A stretch of DNA of 64,000 bases from Zancudomyces culisetae HAW-14-8 (Eukaryota; Fungi; Kickxellomycota). A model generated the notes under the pieces. The model worked only from the letters and a program-made list of their open reading frames with translations, did no database searches and was not told the origin of the DNA. Where the stretch lies: assembly GCA_052426225.1 (NCBI GenBank), contig JBNJNM010000011.1, positions 4,588,001 through 4,652,000 on the forward strand, read 5' to 3'. Both the position numbers and the translations under genes were made by a program. Numbering within the stretch: position 1 is the first letter of the stretch; each line of letters starts with the position of its first letter. This document shows, in pieces, positions 45,389 through 57,346 of this stretch.

Positions 45389-47761
45389 TTATTTGAGATC
45401 ATTTCCATCAATATAGATATTCCACGTCTTTAACCATTGGCGATGTTTCAAGTTCCTGATATCCTGTTGGTAGCCAAAGGTTAGCGGGCTAAACAGCAGA
45501 AAACCAGAGATGCAGAGCAACAGAACAAGAGAGCCAACTAAACGACCTTTCCATCCATTACTATTGCTGCCACTGTTACTCTTGCTGCGCTCAATAAATG
45601 TTTTAGACTGAGGTATACATAGGTTATACAATACAGCAGCCAAAAGCAAAAGTGCAAAATATGCACTGGGTAGGTAGTGATGTAAATAGGTTACACGTCC
45701 CATTATAAAGAAAGGAGCGTAGTGCAGCAGCCAACCAGTCCATAGGATCCTAGTGGAAGTATACACCCGAGTGAAGTTGGCCATCGACGCATCGCGTGAT
45801 GTAATCGGAGCACGAACAGCAGCGATATACAGGATAGCAAGATAAGCTGGATACAGCAGACAGGCTAGCGTAGACAACCACCAGATAATGGGGTTTCCAA
45901 TTTCGTAGTATTTGATTTCCCTGGCGTCCCAACGACCATTCATACGCATTGGATATATCATAAATGGCCATGTGATTGGATTACTCTCCAAATGGTTGTA
46001 CTTGTCTCGGTCGGGAATTAGTGCGTTGTTGGACGACGCCATGCGCTGATTGAGATAAAGGAAGTTGCGTAGAAAGCTGGAGCGTCTGGGTTCAATTTTT
46101 GTTTCGGGAATCTTATCATTCCAGCTACGTTCAATTACCACCCGTCGATTTTTGCTGCTTTCGCCGCTCTTCAGCAACACAACTTCGCCCTGGTTGAATC
46201 CCCAGCTTGGATATTTTTCGTTGCTTACACCAAGGTATTTTCCACTGTTTCGATGCTGCAATCGAAACTTTGTCGTAATCGTCCGGATTCTCTTTCCCTG
46301 TGGAGATCGTCCAGTTTCTTGCTCCCATCGTACTACAAATATTTCGTTTCCTTTTCCTTTTCCTTTTCCTTCTTTTTTTTCCTCTGTGCCGTTATCCACT
46401 TGCTCTTTGGTGTTACCATATACTAATATATGCTTACCATTAATTGCGCTTGGTGCCTTTCCATCGCTATACAACAGCCTTCCAGTCGCATTGTGCCGCA
46501 ATACCACTTCGTTGCCATCTTCAATATATCCATATTCCATTCCAACTTTCCCCTTTGCCGTCAAAAGCTGCCACACGTTGTTGCCATCTGCATGTCCATA
46601 TATTGTTACCTGTTGTCGGTTCTTGCCTCCTGGATACTTGCTTACATGACTATGTAAATATCCTCCCTCACCAAGTCGCATTCGCACGTGACTTCCGTAT
46701 GCGTTCAATACTGCCTGAATCTGCAGCTCACTGCCCTCAAGTCCCGCTTGGAACTCCACTGGCATCACGCTATTCCCTGGCCCACTTTTGTTTAGTATTT
46801 TGAAGTGCACGAAAAAAGCAGCAAAATATATCATCACAGGCACCATAATCAGACATATCGCCCTCGCTCCCCAGTGTTTTGCGTATTTTTTGACATCCCG
46901 CTCCCGTTCTAGTAACTCGTACAGCTCCTCTACTGTATCTATTCCCACAACTGCAATACAAAATAGTCCGACCCATTTGCTACTCACTGCACATCCCAGC
47001 CCCACTCCTGTAGCAAACATCCATGCCCACCACCACTTCTCAAACGCGCGGTATTGCCGTGTTTCCACTGCGCATGCAATGCTGATCGCCGTAAAAAACA
47101 ATAACGGCTCGTCCAGCAAAATAAACCGACTCATCACACATATCGCGTTGTCTAAAGCCACAAACGTTGCCCCTAGCGCGCTGTACCACACATTTCCATT
47201 CGTCAATCGCCGTAGTGTCCAGTATGCTATCGGAACAAGCGCTATTCCATACAGGGCTAGCTGCACCCGCATAGCCACATAGTTCACGTATTCCGGATAA
47301 ACGCCTTTAAAAGCAAATGTCCCATTGTGCCCCGCCACATACTCCGCTAGCCCAACCAACATCTTGGCTAATGGTGGATGTACATCGTGGTAAAACGTCC
47401 GGTTCAAATAATACGCCCCAAATTTGCCGAAGTGTGATTCGTCCCATGTCACCTGTCCCCGCTTCCCGATCTTATACAACCGCGTAAAACCCGCCAAAAG
47501 CGTCAACGCTAATATCACTAAGATCTCTAGCTTCGCTTTACTTCCAAGTGCTGGGACCCTGTTGCTGATGCCTTTTGCCTTTGTGTTACCCGTGTATTCT
47601 CCATACTGCTTTTCGTTTTCTCTCTTCCAATCACTCTCCTTACTATCCCTATCCTTTTCCGCCAAAAAATCCCTGTTCTCCTCCTCTATATGCGTGCTCT
47701 CCGATTCTTTGTGTTTTACATTTCTCTTACGCTTTTTAACCCCTATTATTTCCATATTCAT
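45389..47761 (-). CDS. PMT2: Dolichyl-phosphate-mannose:protein O-mannosyltransferase, PMT2 subfamily
   Basis: WDESHFGKFGAYYL, FYHDVHPPLAKML, MIR domain (YLHSH..YP, QQVT), RVTYLHHYLP. Confidence 0.9.
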   Translation of the reverse strand: MNMEIIGVKKRKRNVKHKESESTHIEEENRDFLAEKDRDSKESDWKRENEKQYGEYTGNTKAKGISNRVPALGSKAKLEILVILALTLLAGFTRLYKIGKRGQVTWDESHFGKFGAYYLNRTFYHDVHPPLAKMLVGLAEYVAGHNGTFAFKGVYPEYVNYVAMRVQLALYGIALVPIAYWTLRRLTNGNVWYSALGATFVALDNAICVMSRFILLDEPLLFFTAISIACAVETRQYRAFEKWWWAWMFATGVGLGCAVSSKWVGLFCIAVVGIDTVEELYELLERERDVKKYAKHWGARAICLIMVPVMIYFAAFFVHFKILNKSGPGNSVMPVEFQAGLEGSELQIQAVLNAYGSHVRMRLGEGGYLHSHVSKYPGGKNRQQVTIYGHADGNNVWQLLTAKGKVGMEYGYIEDGNEVVLRHNATGRLLYSDGKAPSAINGKHILVYGNTKEQVDNGTEEKKEGKGKGKGNEIFVVRWEQETGRSPQGKRIRTITTKFRLQHRNSGKYLGVSNEKYPSWGFNQGEVVLLKSGESSKNRRVVIERSWNDKIPETKIEPRRSSFLRNFLYLNQRMASSNNALIPDRDKYNHLESNPITWPFMIYPMRMNGRWDAREIKYYEIGNPIIWWLSTLACLLYPAYLAILYIAAVRAPITSRDASMANFTRVYTSTRILWTGWLLHYAPFFIMGRVTYLHHYLPSAYFALLLLAAVLYNLCIPQSKTFIERSKSNSGSNSNGWKGRLVGSLVLLLCISGFLLFSPLTFGYQQDIRNLKHRQWLKTWNIYIDGNDLK

Positions 47762-48598
47762 AATGCTTTTTCACCTTGTTTTTGGTATTTACAATCCTCT
47801 TGCTTTCTATCCTATTTCTTTTTCCTTTTTGTGCTGTTAGGCTAAAAAAAAAAAGAATCTCTTAAGGGTCCAAGCTAAGATACTATGTTCTATTGAGTGT
47901 TCGTTTTTGTTCTCTATTTTTGTTTGGTTTACTAGTAGTAACTTTGGTTAGGATTTTATTTGGCAAATTTTCCTTAATTATAGAAAGCGATTAAGTCCTA
48001 TTATTTTGCTCAGTTTACATGCCTTGTCACTTGTGCTTTTTTTCTTGTTTTTGGATATTTTCATTTCATTAGTTTTCTCGCCTTATCCACCACTAGATTT
48101 TTCGCCATTACTATTTCTCGATCCTATTCATCATCTCAGTCATAAATTTTTAACGCTTCCAATTACACAACTGTGTTTAAATTTCGCATATTTCGCATTA
48201 TTCCCAAGCTCAATTTTCTATTTTTTCTATTTTTTCTATTTTTGCTATTTTTGCTTTTATTTAACCCTAGATCTCTCACTTAAATCCAAATATGCATATT
48301 CTGCATCTTTCTATTTGCGGATAAATATCCAAGCCTTTTTGTATATTTTTTCCCTTGAAATCTCGTTCGTTACTGAACTTTATTTTACATTTTTCTTTCT
48401 CATATTTTGGTCATTTAATTTATTGCTCAAGTGCTATGTCCCAAAATTAGCAAATAAAAGTATAAAATGGCTGGAAAACCCCATCCTAAAAAAACAATTA
48501 TACCATACTATCTAGTACAAGCAAGTATGCTTTTCTTCATACTATGCCCTTTCTAGCTGAAGAAGACTCGCTAAAAACTCCTTTAATATTGACTTAAT

Positions 48599-50964
48599 CT
48601 ATCCTAACAGTGCAATCCCCTGAACATTTAGTTGTTCGCGTCTACTGACATCCTCCACCTTTTCGTTCCTATCGCTATCACCATTATTGCTATTTTCATC
48701 AAGACCTTCATTCTCACTATCGCTTTTGGCACTCGTAGACATCGACTGTACTTCGATCTTTGTCTTATCTTTAGATGTTTCATTATCCAACTCCGCAAGA
48801 CCCTGCTCACCCGCAGCTACAACAGGTTGTGGTTCCTTTTCTGTTTTTACTGTCATTTCATTTTTTTCTAAATCCTCGCTTTGATTATTACCTTCACCTT
48901 CACCTTCGCTTGTTGTACACTTTCCATTTATCTCCATAGTTTTGATCACCTCATTTGCATCATCCCCCATATCAACATGTATATTCTCACTACCCTTTAC
49001 GCAGTCAGCGCTCTCTTTTTCAGCTGCACTCAACTTTTCACTCTGAATTTGTTCACTCTCTTTACACAAACCATTTTCTTTATTCTCTTTATCTTCGCTA
49101 TTTTCGGTGTTTTCATTACATTTATTGTTTGCATTGTCACTCACCTTTATAGTAGCATTATATTTATCAACATACCCCCCCTCCTCCCAACACGCCTCAT
49201 CATTATTACTGTAACAGCTTCCTTCGCTGCTAGTGATTTCCATATCTTCCCCATTATCGTCATTACGCATATTTTTTTTCATAAGCTCCGCCAATGGTAA
49301 AGATTTCCTGTCATTATCGTCTTCAGATTCGCCTGCAGAGTACTGATAATAGTCTTCAAGATATCCATTTGAGTATTTACTTCCATACTCTTTTATCTCG
49401 CTTATATCTTCCTGTTTACTTGGGTTTCCTTCTCTAATTTTGCTCCTGCCTCTGCTGTTATTTCCTACTCCTATTAATTTATTATATAAATAGTATTAAC
49501 CAGACTGTAAAGTAGCACCCTCATACTATCACGCTTGACATTTTTTGTATATACACAAGATATAGCATAAATAATATTTCTCACCTTTTTGGAGTTTCAA
49601 CGCTGCCCTTCTTCTAGAATTGCGTTCTCTTTCTCTTCGTAGGTACTCTTCATACTTTATTGGATCCTTTTTAAGCTCTGCCCGCTTTTGTCGCTTCTTT
49701 TCTGCGTCAATTTTTCGCGCTAACATTTTTTTCCATTCTTTAGGGTCCAACTCTTTTGAGTCCAGATCTATTTTAATTAAAAGTAAAAAAAGAATTAGTA
49801 CAGAACGTTCACCTTCTAGTTGTAAATTAAACATAAATGTGCCAATATGTATATACCTTCATCCTGCATTCTAGAATAACTTCGTTTGGTAGTACCACCC
49901 CCATCCACCGATCTTGAAGATAGCGGTGATATTGAAGAGGGCAAAGAGGATGGTGATATTGATGTTGATGTGGAAGCTGAGCTCAATGCTGATACCGGTA
50001 CTGGTACTGTTTTTGGTAGTTCCGATGCCAGTTTTAATGCGGCTGTCGAGAGGGTCGCTAGTGCTGAAGTCGCTAGCCGCGAATGCGCTAATGGCTTTCT
50101 CTTTGGGAATTTTATCCTAGAATCGTTCTCAATTGCTGCTAGTTTTGGTAGCTCTGGCATTTTTTTGACTGGCATATTATCTTCAACATACATTCTGCTC
50201 TCAATACTAATATCATTGATATCTTCAATACCATGATTCTGGTCAATTTTACGTATATGTTTGTTTGCACTCGTACTGGCACTGCTTGTAGCATCAAATC
50301 CATCGATATTGGCACCATATGCGCCATTTCTTTTATCTGTACCGCATCCAGTTCTTTCTGAGGAGTAAAGCTTTTTTGAAGCCATGTACTTCAGCTTTTC
50401 AATTTCCTCCAAAAATTTGACCCTGGTGCCATATGATAGCACCCCAAGTTCGTCTTTTAGTATATTATTAGACAAATATGACATCATTATATACCCATCA
50501 ATACAATGCTTGTGGATTGTTGGCCCAATTTCGGCAAGTCCAGGCTTTTGAGAAATCCAAATTATTACCTCACCCACTGTCCAAGTTGCTGGATCTTTTA
50601 TTTGCACCATTTCATACAGAGACGATGCTCTTTTTGCTATGCCTTGTGGCTTCTCTTTTTCTTCCCTGTCTTTTTCTTCTTTTTCTTTTCTCTCCTGTTT
50701 GTTCTGACCACTCCTCTGTCTTTTCAATGACGCTTGCAACCGCTCTTGCGCTTGTATTTGCCATTGCTTCTGGTCTTGCTTCTGTTCCTCACCATGTTCT
50801 TCCCTCTGCCCATGTAATAGTGGACGTACCTGTGACTGGTCCAGTTTGTGTTCCTGTGCTTGTTGTTGTATCTGTTGCTTTGAATTACTTTCCTCTTCCT
50901 GTTGTGGTAAAGGCAACGAAGCTGATGTACCTTTTGTTAAATATTTATTGAATTTGCTCAGCAT
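48599..50964 (-). CDS. SAM-domain protein with basic helical exon and acidic tail, 3 exons (50964-49857, 49767-49585, 49470-48599), 720 aa
   Basis: SAM: WTVGEVIIWI...IDGYIM...LKDELGV.SYGTRVKFLEEI. Two GT-AG introns join three track ORFs in frame. Confidence 0.75.
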
Positions 50965-53262
50965 TTTTTCCTCTCTGTGTATATGTGTCAAGGAGAGCGG
51001 TTTACAATTAGCAACAACGCTTTAAAAGCTGCTTTTATTTCTAAAGTCAAAGGAAAATATGTAAAATAATATTAATGTTTTAGTATAAGCTACTTGGTAC
51101 ACGCATATATATGGCACTATTCTTTTTCACTCCGGTTTATCCCTTAGCTGCTCTTCCGAAACCTCGACTTTTAAGTAGGTTTTGAATTAACTTTTTACGC
51201 CGTATTATATATTATTAGAGTTGAAATTATAAAGTTACTAGAGACTAATGGTATAAATCAAAGAAACGATAGTGGTAAAAACAGAACAGTGGTGTTAGTA
51301 ATAATTCCAATTCATCACTTGTTCGTGACACTTTCCCTCCATATTTTCTTTTTATAAAAAAATGAGGGGGACTCTTAAGTATCGTTTACTACTATTTATT
51401 TAGTTGTGATTTGGGGATACTTTTTGATTAGTAGTCTTATAGTAATACATTTCATGAACAGTAATACAAACTATTCATCCGAATAACCAGGCATGGGATA
51501 CGGCCTACATTTTTTAATTTTTATTTCCTCCTTATCCCGTTTTATTGACAAATTCTAGAATCTCTAAACTAGATAAATTAGCTACTGGATACTATTTTTT
51601 CACACGATTATTTTTTTCTGTTCTAGATGTATGTTTGTATGTATGTGTGGATGAATACACCATAAATGCATTTGTTAGTTTATTTTTATTTAGGTTCAGC
51701 GTGAGTTGTCTAGCTGTTTACTTTTTTTTTTCTACTATTTTTTTGGGCGTACGACCAAGAAAAGAATACAATTATAAAGGATTAGCAGGTTTAAGTTTAT
51801 CTTTTGTTTTTTCACTGGCAAGAATTGAAACATCCCATAAACCAGGTGCTAGAATTTTCAAGTGCTGTACCATTAACTTAATGAACAAATAGACACCCCC
51901 CATAGCTTGCTAATCATTATTGCTTATGGGTTTTCTCATCGACGCTGCAATAAAAAAGGGTTCAAATAACAATAACTGTGATTACGATTTTGGTACTGTT
52001 AATTTGAAAAATGCCCAGACCTCGTGCTATTTGTACCATAACTGGCGTTATTCTTTTTCTTTCCTCTGAATTCCCTTGTGGAACTTTTAAGGTTTTTTTT
52101 GCATACTAATACTTCCTTTTTTTTTCGTGCTGATATGCAGATGCATGAAAAGCCTCTAGACATTTTGCGGGCAAATGGAAAATGTTTATTTTCAATTTAA
52201 AGTTTAATTTTTTAGCTGCGTTTGCTGTCAGCTTATGAAAAAAGAAAAGCGATATGAGCAATGGAATATGAATAGCCGACCAGTTTTCAACCACTCTCGC
52301 CTCCAGACTTTTTATTTACCTAGGATGAAGCTAATACTGTAATTTTGCAAGACCACAACATTAGAATCTAGATTTAATACAGCAAGTACTTTTGACACTT
52401 TGCCCACACTAGCGATTATTGTTTTTTTTTTTTAAAAATATTTTTTCTTTTCTGAACCTTCTTTGAATACACCTATAATATCTCTACATTTCAACAGGAA
52501 GGGTAGTATTATAAGATATACACTTAGCTTTTATAGGCTCGAGAGTAAGTGCAGCTCTTGAGTCTTGGGCACGTTTTGACTGTATTTGTACCAACTACTG
52601 AAAAGGTATGAGTGGCTAGCCATAGGCAGTGACTTTGTTTTGCAACTGCTGAAAAATCTCTATAAAAGTTGTTAAAGCCGCAAAACCATCACCATTTGCT
52701 CAAGAGTGCTATACTAAGCCTTCAATTATATGTAATAGTTAAAATACTCTTATTCTAGAGCCGAAAGCATTTCCTATGTCCACTTTAGAGCAACTATAAC
52801 GCGATGGAATTGTGTTATAGGTAAAAATATGCAGTATATAGCGCGTAGCATATGTTATTTGGTATGCTTAGGAAAATATCTTTAATCCTCTTAGATTTAC
52901 ACCAAAAATACTCATTTAGTATCACTGACTCTGTTTTGTCTGTTTACGGTGTATTTGTCGCGCAGTTTTTGGCACAGCTACGTCAATCCCCATGTTTGCA
53001 CACCACTTCAGTTTTTTTATAACGCCCTATGGTTGTTTTCACACAAAACAATGGTAGATAACTTGACTGTTGTTTGCTTGTGGGGAAAAGAGGGAAAGTC
53101 AGATTAGTGGCTAATAGTATGACGAAAATAATAAGTGCCCTATTCCTAAATAGTAAGGTAGATACCATCCCACAGTTTTTGATGACTAAAAACAAGGTAC
53201 AGAGAGGGAAATATCAAGCTATTCAGCAACACTTTTGATTTACATCTAAAAAGAGTGCTTGA

Positions 53263-53310
53263 GAAAGAATTCAAGGCAGCTGTGTTGCACCAGCTGCCTT
53301 GAATTCTTTC
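53263..53310. repeat. Perfect 20-bp inverted repeat with 8-nt spacer
   Basis: gaaagaattcaaggcagctg-tgttgcac-cagctgccttgaattctttc. Confidence 0.95.
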
Positions 53311-53773
53311 CCAGGTTTGATGGGTGCAAATATAAATACATATAAAAAGAAAACGATATACTATAAAGAATGCACGTCTAGCACAAACGCTGAGGCTTGG
53401 GAGACAATATTATTTCCTGTCATTAACCATAATACAGCATACCAGCTTCTAGTACACCAGTAAAAAATGTACAAATAGTAACGTAGTTTGTAGTGAATAC
53501 AAATCAACACTTCTGCTTTATGAGTAGTACTAGGGTGTTTATGCGGACTTCTTGTTTCCATGTGTACTTAGATTTGAAAAGAACGAGTTAAATGTGATAG
53601 ACTAATATATTGGTTTCCAACATCAAGCTGCATAATAAAAAGTAATGTATATGAACAAGTAGGTAATCAAAAAAATTTTTTGTAATCAAAAAATCAGGCT
53701 AGATTATTTAACAAACTTTATGGATCACAAATAAGAAGTTTATTAAACAGATATTCAAGGTAGGAGACACAAA

Positions 53774-54616
53774 ATGTTTAGATCGCTATTTCAAACCACC
53801 GGTATAATTCAGAGATTTGGCGGAATTAGAACGCTTAAAGGTAAATATGGGGTTTTTTATTCATGCTGCTGTAAATCTTTTTTTAAAATGCGGCGCATTA
53901 CTTCAAAAAAGATAAGTACATAAAGAATAAAAGGCAATAATCTTTGCTTTTTCTTTTAAAAAAATAAAATAGCTGGATATTCGAGTGTGGTGCCTGCGCG
54001 GGTAGAATTGCCAAGATCTAAACCAAAGAAAACAACGACAAAATACAACAAACCATTTTCTGATCGAAAACAATTATTATTCAAGACTTATGAATCAGCC
54101 TTTGTAAATTCACCAGGTGTATTGGTTGTCCAACATGTAAACCTGTCTGCAGGTGAATTTACAGCGATCAGACAAAATCTGAAACTGAAATGTCATGGTG
54201 CAGAATCGATAGTTATTCGCGGTGGCATAGCAAAGGCAGTGATGCGAAATACAGAGTACACACACATTAAACATTTGTTCAGTGGAAACACATTCCTGAT
54301 CCACTGGCCAAAAAGCTCACAGGTTGATGGTTATGTGGATGTAAGCGGGAAAAAACACGACAGCTTTGACTTGAAGGTGGAAATACAAAAGGCAATTGAC
54401 ATTCTACGACAGAATAAAAGCACCATTCTTGTTGGGGCTTGTGTCGACAAATGTCTGTTAACACCCTCCATGCTTCAGAGTTACACCAAGCTTCCCGATA
54501 AGCAGAATCTGCAGGGCCAGCTCGTTGGCGCATTGCAATCTAGCCAGCAAAGTCTTGTTAGTGTCCTCAACAACTTGCCAACTAGGCTTGTCAACCTGTT
54601 GAAAGAAATAAAATAA
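53774..54616 (+). CDS. Mitochondrial ribosomal protein uL10m (Mrpl11-like), 2 exons (53774-53840, 53973-54616), 236 aa
   Basis: Presequence exon MFRSLF...; L10-like HVNLSAGEF.AIRQ, HLFSG.T and KLPDKQNLQGQLVGAL. Confidence 0.8.
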
Positions 54617-56134
54617 TTGCATTAATGCACAGCTTTGTTTATTATTTTACCTGTCTTTCTTAACCTAGATTGTTTAACTCTAATTTCTAACACGCGCTAG
54701 TTAACCTTATGCAAACTGAAGAGTAAAAAAAAAGGAAATTTTTTTGCCGAATTGTATATAAAAAAAGTGCACAGCAGCAGGACTTCATTTCAAAGCTTTG
54801 TGACTTCGCATAGCAAAAAGCCGGATATCAAGGTCGCCATAATGTGATATTTTTTTCTTGGCTAGCATGGTTGGTCTTGCTGGCTTTGATTTGTACGTAT
54901 ACTAGTAAACAAATCGCCATCGACTTTCTTTTTTTTTAGTTGGAAGTGGTTTGGAAAGCATTCAAATGCTGTTTAGATGTGCTATCATATTGGATAATAA
55001 GTACTCTTGTATAAACACTCCTTCAAAGAGAGAGCTATTGCAAAAATCCTGCATCGCTACCTTCTGGGATTGTTTATTTAAACATCATGGATCATCACCA
55101 ATTTTACGTATTTGGTGATAATGTTGGTTTAGTATTAAGCCCAGTACTCTTTTAAACGCACCAATAGGATATGTGGGTACACACAACGTGTCCAAGACCA
55201 AGTCAATAACCATTGCCTTTCTGCATCCGTTAAAAGTGTTCACATTGGGCTTTGTATTTTATGAAAATAATGTACCAAACACGATCAAGTCGACCTCCGC
55301 TCGCTACAAGTTTATGTCGGTTCAACTTTGTAGAAATGTGCGAACTATTCTTGAAAATCTGGGTCAAAAACATTGTCAGAGATATTTTATTGTCAAGTCG
55401 CCCCCATCCCCTGTTTACAAAGGCCGAAACTACCTCATGAGTGTTACAACTAGTGGCACGATTATATTACATGCTCATTTTATTTTCTGAGATTTCGTCA
55501 GGCTGCTGGCATTTGATTCACCTGTTGGGATTTACCCCGCTTTTTGTGAACACAGCTGGGGAGTAAATCTGTAATAAGTGGGGTGCATTTTTTTAGAGAT
55601 ATCAAATTAACATTGCTTAACCATCAATAACACCAAATTAGATAGGGATATACATATGGGTATGGAAATAATGGCCGTCAACGACCAAGTATTAGTATGT
55701 GTTTATTAGGTTGGAATATTTGAATGCATGTAAGGTTAATTTAGGTTTAGAGGGCTAGAGCTAATCAAAGTGGTGCGCACATTTTTTTTCTAGGAATTCA
55801 AGGAGCACGCTCTTTGGGTCGTACTACTGACAGCACGGTATAGTTTAGGTGTCTCTGTCTCCACTGGATACCATATTAAAACACTTTGTGCTTCGATTAA
55901 TCGGTCGAATGGTATATGTGCAGTAGCATATAACATTGTGAAAATCCAATCATTAAACATCAGACAGTATTGTTGCTATTTCTTTGCTTTTTCGAAAATA
56001 CAGGTGAAGTTAGCTATTCATTTCACCTAAGACAAAAAAAAAAGTATATAAAAGAGGGGAAGACTTCAGTAAGACCGAGAATAATACAATAGTAGAATTG
56101 TAGTGTACCACTCTAGTACTACGGGTTTTGTGAA

Positions 56135-57346
56135 ATGAAGAATCCAAGATTTACCACCTTTCTAGCTTTGATTGCTTTTGTGCTTGTTGCGACTTTTGTT
56201 TGCGCTGAACAGGCCAAAAGTGTTCAACAGAGCTCAAATGACATTAAAAACAAAAAAGCAGATGAAAGAATATCTGAAGAGCTTAAACAAAAATTGGTGA
56301 GCTTAAACGGCGATGAATCCAATGAAGCTAAGGATAATTATTCTGGTTTGAAAAACGGCTTGAATCCCAACAGCAACGACAACAATGATAATAATTCCAA
56401 AAGTGTGGATGAACACGGTTTGACTGAGGCTGACTATGACATTCTTGCAGATTTTATAGAATATATGACATCAAATAACCAAAAACTCGCCGAAGACAAG
56501 TCCTCGATGAAAAATGATGATACCAAAAATTCCGATAGCAGTGCTAATGATCAGAAAAATCAGGCAAAACTAAATGAGCTACTTGAACAAGATTATTTAT
56601 TAAATGAAGAAAGTGATAATAAGGAACAGGGGTATAGGATTAATCAAGATTATAAGGAAAATAAGGAGGATTTCGAGAGCCAGGGATACGAAGATCATGA
56701 AAATGACCGGGCGCTCAAGGAGAAAGATAATCAACAACTTGATGACTATGGCTCATTCAAAAATAACGACGACGCTCTATTAGATGATCAGGAAATACAT
56801 GGAAATGAGATAAAGTACGACACTGCTGAATACGCCGTATTCGGTGGCAATGGAAAAGATCAAGAGTCTATGAAAAAAATGGCACGAAAACAGTTGAACG
56901 TTGACTCGATTGGTGATAACTTGATTGAGAGACATGAGAAGTGGGAAGAATCAAAATCAGATGGAAAAAAAAACATGAATAGTATTGAATTTAACCAACT
57001 TGTAAGTTTAGATTACGCCGATTCAGACAAAAAAGTGAACTCAGATGACACAAGTAATAACAAGGAAAAAATGAGTGATGTAAAGGACAACAAGGATCCA
57101 TTGAACGAGTCCAGTAAAGATCAAGAACTCGATTTGCACCCAGAAGATGAGCAACTCAGTGAAAAATATGGTTGTTCTGTGTGCGATAATGACGCCTCTG
57201 CTCCCTTCAGCAATCTGGGATACACAGACAACAAGCACCCCTGTGACTACGACCATGACCTTAAACAACTCAGTGATCTCAATATCGAGCAGTCTAAACA
57301 CGATAACGATGATCCATATGAGTATGATGATATTGATGCATTATGA
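56135..57346 (+). CDS. Secreted acidic Asp/Asn/Glu/Lys-rich orphan protein
   Basis: 403-aa ORF with clear signal peptide (MKNPRFTTFLALIAFVLVATFVCA); hydrophilic low-complexity body; CSVC near the C-terminus. Confidence 0.75.
   Translation: MKNPRFTTFLALIAFVLVATFVCAEQAKSVQQSSNDIKNKKADERISEELKQKLVSLNGDESNEAKDNYSGLKNGLNPNSNDNNDNNSKSVDEHGLTEADYDILADFIEYMTSNNQKLAEDKSSMKNDDTKNSDSSANDQKNQAKLNELLEQDYLLNEESDNKEQGYRINQDYKENKEDFESQGYEDHENDRALKEKDNQQLDDYGSFKNNDDALLDDQEIHGNEIKYDTAEYAVFGGNGKDQESMKKMARKQLNVDSIGDNLIERHEKWEESKSDGKKNMNSIEFNQLVSLDYADSDKKVNSDDTSNNKEKMSDVKDNKDPLNESSKDQELDLHPEDEQLSEKYGCSVCDNDASAPFSNLGYTDNKHPCDYDHDLKQLSDLNIEQSKHDNDDPYEYDDIDAL

Noticed and set aside
48006-48515. 169-aa Phe/Leu-rich ORF
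   Set aside because: Non-ATG start; T-rich intergenic DNA with a 9-mer repeat; no family motifs
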